From assembly GCA_030141605.1 (NCBI GenBank), contig JAQGDQ010000505.1:1-64000 (forward strand): 64,000 nucleotides of DNA. The letters are read 5' to 3'. A program made the position numbers and the translations under genes. The DNA is from Tubiluchus corallicola (Eukaryota; Animalia; Priapulida). Under the pieces are notes generated by a model that saw only the letters and a list, made by a program, of their open reading frames with translations, was not told the DNA's origin and searched no databases. Positions 58,201 through 64,000 of the stretch are shown here, one piece after another; the stretch's first letter is position 1; every line of letters starts with the position of its first letter.

Positions 58201-58371
58201 TCCACAGGTAGAAGTAGCCTCAACTGTTCCATGTGAAGCGACATTGAACGTTCCCCGGGCAAGATAATCACCAGGTAGTTTCAATACACCTGAAGTAGTC
58301 TTTCCGCTGATTACAAACAATAACAACAGCAAAAACTGTTTACAGATAGTACGGGAGTATTTACGCAACAT
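20740..58371 (-). CDS. LAMA: Laminin alpha-like chain (alpha3/5-type LN), 36 exons, ~2054 aa. Exons 5'->3': 58150-58371, 56129-56266, 55367-55603, 54212-54277, 52703-52804, 51731-51929, 50193-50491, 49859-49952, 48578-48715, 47772-47927, 47534-47679, 45336-45485, 45005-45115, 43884-43986, 43469-43652, 40767-40932, 38571-38663, 36992-37164, 36649-36781, 36376-36460, 34994-35905, 34635-34733, 34282-34490, 33920-34016, 33328-33515, 32518-32673, 31904-32040, 29335-29571, 28575-28758, 27652-27774, 26227-26360, 24634-24754, 24049-24213, 22200-22348, 20921-21094, 20740-20824
   Basis: Signal peptide; LN motifs ATSTCG, DGTNNWWQS, MANSPKPKTWVLEKS, YYYSIREIEIGGRCICNGH; LE repeats; coil start CTSCEESLLGDL; AKEILDDVERRKF; LG motifs VNDGQWHKV, LYIGGLP, FKGCI, FEGCI, FSFRT. 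All 35 introns are GT-AG and phase-consistent; exons total 6165 nt. Coiled-coil exons (especially 45336-45485) rest on splice signals and phase only. Confidence 0.9.
22477..22866 (+). mobile_element. MITE (~390 bp) with perfect 19-bp TIR
   Basis: AATAAGCCTTTTCACAGTT ... AACTGTGAAAAGGCTTATT; second, truncated copy at 52320-52681. Confidence 0.85.
23328..23856 (-). mobile_element. Non-autonomous Helitron-like element, copy related to 60755-61338
   Basis: Colinear similarity with 60755-61305 starting at the shared A|CTAG.AAAGGCC terminus; the other end is uncertain. Confidence 0.75.
25088..25900 (-). mobile_element. 5'-truncated LINE (CR1/L2/Crack-like) 3' end with hexamer tail
   Basis: Minus strand 25730-25581 translates RCRTNMAKHFISYMGPVLWNRLSRNSKCSHSLSIFKKTVRKEIFQKY* (GP.LWN.L...SL..FK ORF2 C-terminus), followed by AATAAA (25179-25184) and a (TACTTA)n(TACTTG)n tail. 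Confidence 0.75.
26866..27100. repeat. Compound microsatellite (ATT)/(ACT)/(GCT)n decaying into (ATC)n
   Basis: Directly visible. Confidence 0.9.
27985..28041. repeat. 18-bp tandem repeat x3
   Basis: Unit TG(T/C)ATGAT(A/C)T(C/G)TGACC(C/A)C. Confidence 0.8.
29911..30000. repeat. Perfect 37-bp inverted repeat with 16-nt loop
   Basis: 29911-29947 GGTATATAATTTATGTTATACTTATTAAGAATGTAGT is the exact reverse complement of 29964-30000. Confidence 0.95.
32819..33187. mobile_element. hAT-like MITE
   Basis: Termini TAGGGGCGTAGC ... GCTATGCACTG; 8-bp TSD TTTGCAGA/TTTGTAGA (7/8 match). Confidence 0.7.
34994..36460 (-). other. Laminin exons 20-21: furin site plus acidic Ser/Thr-rich insert inside the coiled coil
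   Basis: RIKR|GAFPVWDWLWGG, then a 912-bp open exon rich in S/T/D/E with CKC, HCEC and DDDDDFIDFGSGDDFDD. Confidence 0.8.
37188..38353. repeat. 46-bp minisatellite, ~25 copies
   Basis: Unit AGCTGACGATGATACAACTAACATATTAAACAGAAGTAAGATTCAT; copies are adjacent with no unique spacers. Confidence 0.97.
39400..39915 (+). mobile_element. Decayed non-LTR retrotransposon reverse transcriptase fragment
   Basis: Across stops and frameshifts: NYRHTCTSTYFGKLVERLI, QEGF, FERAFDSKW..LYKL, QESVLPPLLF, KYDDD, the ordered RT motifs (NYRPISL, KAFD, PQGS, YADD). Confidence 0.8.
43149..43285. repeat. (CT)n/(GA)n microsatellite
   Basis: Directly visible. Confidence 0.95.
44192..44825 (+). mobile_element. ~640-bp MITE family, copy 1
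   Basis: Colinear with 50997-51635 and with the reverse complement of 45721-46369; termini GCTTGCATAACAAAA ... TTTGCAAGCACACA. Confidence 0.85.
45721..46369 (-). mobile_element. ~640-bp MITE family, copy 2 (best-preserved TIRs)
   Basis: ~31-bp TIR TGTGTGCTTGCATAACAAAA(C/T)CGTCCATAAG with 1 mismatch, flanked by TATA on both sides. Confidence 0.9.
49348..49721. mobile_element. hAT-like MITE
   Basis: Perfect 13-bp TIR CAGGGCCGGATTA / TAATCCGGCCCTG; 8-bp TSD GCCAGGAG/GCTCGGAG (6/8 match). Confidence 0.85.
50997..51635 (+). mobile_element. ~640-bp MITE family, copy 3
   Basis: Colinear with 44192-44825; termini TGTGTGCTCGCA ... TGCAAGCACACA. Confidence 0.85.
52320..52681 (+). mobile_element. Truncated second copy of the 22477-22866 MITE
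   Basis: Colinear match from GATCGTGAAAAGGTCAAAGG to AACTGTGAAAAGGCATATT. Confidence 0.85.
53289..53800 (+). mobile_element. Kolobok-like MITE (TTAA TSD), copy 1
   Basis: TTAA|AGGAAAA ... TTTTCCT|TTAA; colinear with 54351-54898. Confidence 0.75.
54351..54898 (+). mobile_element. Kolobok-like MITE, copy 2 (more diverged)
   Basis: Shares CTAAAATATTGAAAACTACAA..GTTTTT..TAAATCAAAGCTTACATTAAA and GTAAATTAAAATGA blocks with 53289-53800; TTAA at the right end. Confidence 0.7.
55860..56075 (+). mobile_element. Possible Helentron-associated (HINE/DINE-1-like) remnant
   Basis: TGATCTTTAAGGTCAAGGTCAAAGTCA motif resembles such elements from memory; boundaries approximate. Confidence 0.3.
56649..57385 (+). 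mobile_element. 5'-truncated LINE ORF2 C-terminal fragment, disrupted, antisense to laminin intron 1
   Basis: RIAFTRLRLQSHNLRTEARRW...RLCD...QTEIHIISECP matches the R.R.SSH.L.IE.GRW...RLC..C...E.H....CP zinc-knuckle end of non-LTR ORF2; the upstream piece 56649-56870 is in another frame. Confidence 0.8.
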
Positions 58372-59258
58372 CACAGCAAACCGTAATGTATAACTGTAAC
58401 TTGAAAGGGCTGCTCGGTCAGTAGACCTGACCCAATACAGCAGATTGATTTTCAAAAAAAGAAGCCATTTATCAAGGTCAAGAAATTAAGCAGGTGAACA
58501 TTTTGAGAGAAAATTTATCCTCTGAAAAACTATTAGCTCTAAATTTAAGAACACCTAGAATAAAAATAATATAAAAATTCAAATTATTCAACGAGTAGTA
58601 ATATTTTTTCTAAGACGTCTAATTAGTTTATAAATTGGAAATGCATTACAGCTATATATTATATATAACTTACCAATAACATTTCAAGCGTTATAAGATT
58701 AAATGGTTCCGAAATCGGCAAATTCGCCATCCATTAGGTACGGATGTAGCTCTGTACATGTATTGGCAATCCACCAAAAATGACACTGATTCTCCTAACG
58801 CCTTTTCTCACTTTTCACACACTTCTGTTCACACTGAGCCAGTTTTTGACCTGCCCTGCGCATTCTGAGTGATGACCTTCGAATCATATCTGAACTTGAT
58901 CACAATCCGACGTTTTCTTCAATTTCATGGTACTTATTTGATATAACTTTTAAGTTAAAGTCTTCGACTTCAAGTAAGTTTCGCCATAGTGAAGGTTCTA
59001 TGATTAGAATTCGATATTGTTTATGAAGAATTATTTTCCAATTTTAATGTCTTAAATTTTACGTTTCTTATGAATTTTAAATGTATTTCACTGTTCAAGG
59101 TGCTGAGATTTTAAATGATATAGTGCGCTATGTAAATAAATTTTACATAACATTACATTATAAAGGTTAATTTTTGACGGAAAAAGATTTCAAACGTGTC
59201 CGACTTACAATGCGCGTGGGTTGAAAACTGAAAATGTCCATAAGTCCACAGTAAATGC

Positions 59259-59338
59259 AATACGATACAGTATATTTCTGATTTGCAATTTTAAATAATA
59301 CGATACAGTATATTTCTGATTTCAATTTTAAATAATAC
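59259..59338. repeat. 38-bp direct tandem duplication
   Basis: AATACGATACAGTATATTTCTGATTT(G)CAATTTTAAAT x2. Confidence 0.9.
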
Positions 59339-59524
59339 TAAGTCTTTGTGACAAACAGGTACCTTTATAGCCACCATCATATCATCTGGGTTACTAGTTA
59401 AAACATAGGTTAAAACATGTGTTACTGATGGTATCTGATATCTTGCTTAGCTAATCTGTCAGCATTCGTTTGGCTGTATAGGCGCATTGTAGCCTGAGTA
59501 ATAAGAATCTTTAAAAAATGTAAA

Positions 59525-59722
59525 AAATCCAAATCTGCTCCCATTCACCAGAAAGTAAATGCGTTCCGAGTCTGGACCATGTCCTTGCCGTACGCCAAGT
59601 ATCAATTTCCTACATTACTCCACAACCAAGAAAACGTGGCAACAAACGGACAGACAGAAGGACGGACAGTAAGACAGAAACGATAATTCTACAGTTGTCC
59701 ACTTCACAGGGGTGATTATAAT
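59525..59722 (+). mobile_element. Possible HINE/DINE-1-like remnant with GACA/GACG microsatellite
   Basis: ACGGACAGACAGAAGGACGGACAG tract followed by a short imperfect stem and ATAAT. Confidence 0.35.
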
Positions 59723-60754
59723 AGCCTTGCTACCTGAATAGTGTACTGCGCGGTGAGGCATGGGTTGCAAAATAAAAATTTATTTATTATAAACCCCTTG
59801 CCTTTAAAATAAAAAAGTCACGAAAGTTTGGGCCAAAATCGCAAAAGCGTTTTAAAATGAGATACCTCGATCTATAAAATGAGCTGAGATCATCACATTC
59901 ACGTTACTTCTGCAGACATTGGGCAGGCAGAATTCTATAACAAAAGAACTCTGCCCTCAAGACAGGTAAACCCAGCAGTAATCCAGCTAAAAAACTAGAC
60001 ATTGCTAAGCCAGTGGCTTGTCAGCACCTCTTCCGACTAAAATAAGTGAACACACTTGTGAAGTCACATTGCTGATAAATAAGGAATAAATAACAGTGGA
60101 AGCCATTAGAAAGCAAATCAAAAGCTCATAGAAATAGTTCATATATTGATTCTGGGAAGAGATAAATGTTTTTTATTCATGTGCTCAAGCAAATAACGTT
60201 TCAAAGGGTCAGATTCAGTGAGCCAGTGAGTGACCAGTCATATATAATCTATAAAAGACGCGAGCATATTATACTGCATGTGTTTGACCAACGGTTACTT
60301 TACATCGATAAAGGTAACATAATCCCTACTCGTGATAGTGGCGGATATCCAGCTACCCGATAAAACACATAATATATATTGAACTGTTTATTCTACTTAG
60401 CGAACAAAAACAAATAATCCAGCCTGCTTCACAGGAAGCATAATTAATTATACAATAATCATCCATTCAAGATACGGTAACATCGCGGCTGCCGTCCCAC
60501 GCTACAGCTGAAAATACGATCGAAAACATTAGTTCAGAGACGTACTTTAAATGTCAAGTACGTAATTCTTGTATAAAGTTGCTAGTAGTATCTGCTACGA
60601 CGGTGCAAGTTGCTGCAAGGTAGTATTTCAGGAGCCGCTGTGGGCCAGAAGAAATCATAAAAAATCAGAGAGCCCAGTTTAAATGTCACAGTTGAACATA
60701 CCACATCAGCTTACCATTATGTAAATGTATATAAATTAATATATATATATATAA

Positions 60755-61338
60755 CTAGCAAAGGCCCCGCAAAAAATTGCTGATAAATACACTTGTATAT
60801 AATCAAAAATACGCGAACATCCTACATATTCCTCATTTATAACGCAAAGCCAGCAGCAGCAGCTTTTACTGAATTAAAGTTATAAGGTTATAGACAGAGT
60901 GTAATGGATGACGTCAGAACAATGGCTTGCGTCAGCAGTTTTCCATGCGAAAATTGCCTAAAATAGAACATCAAATCAACTCGTCGGCACTGCTCTTGGT
61001 GGACGTGTACTAAAATATAGCCCACATCATGGCGTAGCCCTGTTCTTTCTCTTTCTAAAGAGCCATATATCTCCTTTCGAGAGTTCCAACAGGCGCCGCT
61101 AGAACGTTTTTTCTACAGGCCGTTTGACCAAAATTTTTAAAAAATCGCGAGTTGAGTCAGAAAAAACGTCCGTTACGGGGCGCCGTGGTCGTCTCGCGAA
61201 TTATAAATAGGCCTACTACACCCACCGCTGAACGGGCTATCTATTCATAGCCAGCTCCACCCATGTGGCCCATTCCCGTTCTGCAGAAATAAGAGGTATA
61301 AGTTTTTAAGCCCATACCAGCGAAATTAATATATACGA
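60755..61338 (-). mobile_element. Non-autonomous Helitron-like element, apparently full length (584 bp)
   Basis: Minus strand: A|TC 5' end, CTAG|T 3' end, imperfect hairpin (CGCAAAAAATTGC) ~10 nt from the CTAG, no TSD; second copy at 23328. Confidence 0.75.
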
Positions 61339-62494
61339 TTTATATAAAATTAGTAGTAAAGTCGGTAAACTTTCCCTGTTTGCACTAATCCCCTGCTCTT
61401 ACACATACGTCACCTTACGCACGCGTTACACATCGTCAATAACAATTATGAACTTGTTGAAAGTTTAATTAGACGCAAACAAGAAACACATGCAGTCAGA
61501 AGTCACGTGATGTGCCATATGGTGCAGAAAATAATTAACGCCTGCAGCAGGTAAGACCTCATGAAAGAGCAGCCTAGACATCTAGTTTATTAAATCATAT
61601 TGCCTGCAGAGTCAGACATTTCGTTTATTAAATTATAAGTAACGTAGTGCAATACCGACGCAAAGACTTAGTGAATGTGTTCGTGTGAAAAGCAGCCGCT
61701 TTTTCTGCTCATTGATTCTGTATTATGTGGAATTTTAGCTGCAGTAAGTATTGTGGTAGACAAGAGACGGTATATAATCACATTAGAGCCATTTGAAAAA
61801 TTACAACGTAAATTCATTAGCACATTTTTTTTGGTGTCGGTTAATTTGCTACTGTTTCTTGCTTTAATTTCAAATTTAAAAATAGTACAAGCTTCGTGAC
61901 GTAGCCTATGTTTACGTACAAATCTAAGAACAAACTGCTTCAAAATTTTTACGTAATGCAATTTTTGATATTATTAAAAAATTAATTTCTGCAGAGCTTC
62001 TACAGCTTCACAATTTATTACATTCTCAGGACACATTGCCTCATAACATTAAATGTGTAGCAAATTTCCATAGATTAAAAAATAAACATCACAGTTATAT
62101 AATTTAAATTCAGAGTGAATCTAGCTAGCTGGAATGGTATATGAAAATGCCATTAATTTGCTACTCTATTTTGATATAGTGTTGGTGACTGGAAACTTAA
62201 CCACTCATCATCTATTTCAGTCATTCATTTTTGTCACTCATTCTTTGCTTTTCCATTTTCTCTCTTTCCTTCTTTTTTCTTATTTTCAATAGTTTTTTAA
62301 CCACACTTAGTTTACACCTTAGTAGTTAGTAATACACCATTTCACGAAGTAGCAAGTTCACAAACTCTGTCTTCCTTGTGCTCCTCAGTACATAGGCCTA
62401 CATGTACTTAGGCTTACTTATTCTGTAATTACACTACACTATTACTGTATCATTGTATTGTTAAAATATTACCTTGTACTGTATGGCTGGTATC

Positions 62495-63675
62495 ACAATA
62501 AACAACAAACAAAAAAGTTTACATATTTCTTTACTAATTTCTTTGGGGATTGTTGTGTATCTCGTCATACACCAACATCATAACCACAACTTCTTTTATA
62601 ATGCATTCTTGTGTTTTTGCTCACATAGGCATCAAATCTGTAGTTTTCACAATGTGTTCAAGAAGAAACGGTGCAGTAGAAATATTTTGTTTACATAAGC
62701 ATCAAATCTGTAGTTTTCATAATGTATTCAAGAAAAACAGTGCAGTAGAAATGATGAAATGTGCTTGCAAAATTACAATGAAATGTGAATGACTGTTAAG
62801 TAATTTAGTAAATGATTATACTACACTAGATGCTAAAATTGTGAAGGTACTACGAAAAGCAATGCTGTTATGAAAAACACGTTCAATTTCTACAGAATGG
62901 ATACTTTGAATAACACTTGTTATTTTGTCAAAAAACGAACTACTGCATTACGACATAAGAATTTAAGAACACGTGTAATTGGATACAATTAACATAAAAC
63001 TATACTCGGGTGTAAAATACTACTAATGTTACGTTATGAATGTCACATTTCGACATTGTATTTGCCTATTCATAGATGCTTATCTCTTCATGTTAGCTGC
63101 CATCTTTAGTGTATAGCACATTTCAGCACATCACCATATTACTACTGCACCGTTTCTTCTTGAACACATTGTGAAAACTACAGATTTGATGCCTACGTTA
63201 ACACCATATTACTACTGCACCGTTTCTTCTGGAACACATTGTGAAAACTACAGATTTGATGCCTACGTGAACACCATATTACTACTGCACCGTTTCTTCT
63301 TGAACACATTGTGAAAACTACAGATTTGATGCCTACGTGAACACCATATTACTACTGCACCGTTTCTTCTGGAACACAATGTGAAAACTACAGATTTGAT
63401 GCCTACGTGAACACCATATTACTACTGCACCATTTCTTCTTGAACACATTGTGAAAACTACAGATTTGATGCCTACGTGAACACCATATTACTACTGCAC
63501 CATTTCTTCTTGAACACATTGTGAAAACTACAAATTTGATCTTACGTAAACAAAAACACAAGGAAGTATTATAAAAGAACTTGTGCTTATGCTATTGGTG
63601 TATCACGCGATACACAACAATCCCCAAGGACATTAGTAAAGAAATATGTAAATTTTATTGCCTGTTGTTTATTGT
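62495..63675. mobile_element. Foldback-like element: long inverted arms containing 70-bp tandem repeats
   Basis: Left arm 62495-62765 is the reverse complement of right arm 63116-63675; the 70-bp unit occurs 2x on the left and 6x on the right. Confidence 0.8.
63133..63552. repeat. 70-bp tandem repeat x6
   Basis: Units start at 63133, 63203, 63273, 63343, 63413 and 63483. Confidence 0.97.
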
Positions 63676-63840
63676 ACAGAGCATTTATGTCTTACTCTAA
63701 TTATATCAAAGGATTTATGCGAGGTGACTAGAAGGAAAAGTTTAACAAAAACACATTTTTAAACTTACGTATCTCTCAATCCATCACCTAAACAGCACCG
63801 GGTATACACTACTAATATGGCTGATTCGTTAAGTATTAAT

Positions 63841-63975
63841 TTTAGCTGGTTTGTTTTATCTGCACATCACTTGAAAGTTGAAACGGGGAGATGGGTAAGA
63901 CCCCAGGTATCACACCATGGGAGACTGTGTAATATTTGCGAAGATGAAGTGCAAGATGAACAAGATGTAGAGTAA
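63841..63975 (+). mobile_element. LINE ORF2 C-terminal zinc-knuckle fragment
   Basis: Translates LSAHHLKVETGRWVRPQVSHHGRLCNICEDEVQDEQ, the same motif class as 57120-57260. Confidence 0.7.
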
Positions 63976-64000
63976 TGGAAGGAGTGCGAACAAAATACAA

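Larger units (their letters stand above)
47772..58371 (-). other. Laminin exons 1-10: signal peptide, LN domain and four LE domains
   Basis: LE1 CICNGH...CC; LE2 CNCNNH..insert..CLKCEDNTVGPHCEACAEGYY; LE3 CDCDLDGS; LE4 CGCDPEGS; the next exon begins the coiled coil. Confidence 0.92.

Noticed and set aside
47772-58371. Netrin or LaNt-like short gene (LN plus few LE)
   Set aside because: No NTR domain or early stop; the frame continues into coiled-coil and LG exons, and the LN/LE1 motifs are alpha-type.

Overview
AT-rich eukaryotic genomic DNA from an invertebrate animal (taxon not determinable from the sequence). It has GT-AG spliceosomal introns, microsatellites, MITEs and LINE debris, and no prokaryotic features. 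Four genes were reconstructed by hand, with reading phase checked across every splice junction. (1) The last three exons of a nicotinic acetylcholine receptor subunit (+, 1729-5073). It looks alpha-lineage but has lost the loop-C Cys-Cys and several aromatic-cage tyrosines. (2) A four-TM MS4A/CD20-like gene with a single coding exon (-, 6457-6963). (3) A complete 11-exon concentrative nucleoside transporter, SLC28/CNT (+, 8800-19509, 590 aa). (4) A complete 36-exon laminin alpha-like gene (-, 20740-58371, ~2054 aa), the most unusual object here. Its architecture is signal peptide, LN, only 4 LE domains (LE2 split by a duplicated Ser/Thr insert), a coiled coil interrupted by a furin site (RIKR) and a ~250-aa acidic mucin-like insert with an SGD glycosaminoglycan motif, then only 3 LG domains. 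Introns carry Tc1/mariner-, pogo-, hAT-, Kolobok- and Helitron-like non-autonomous elements, LINE fragments, a 46-bp minisatellite and a perfect 37-bp hairpin; a foldback-like element lies upstream of the laminin gene. All family assignments come from remembered motifs, not database searches.
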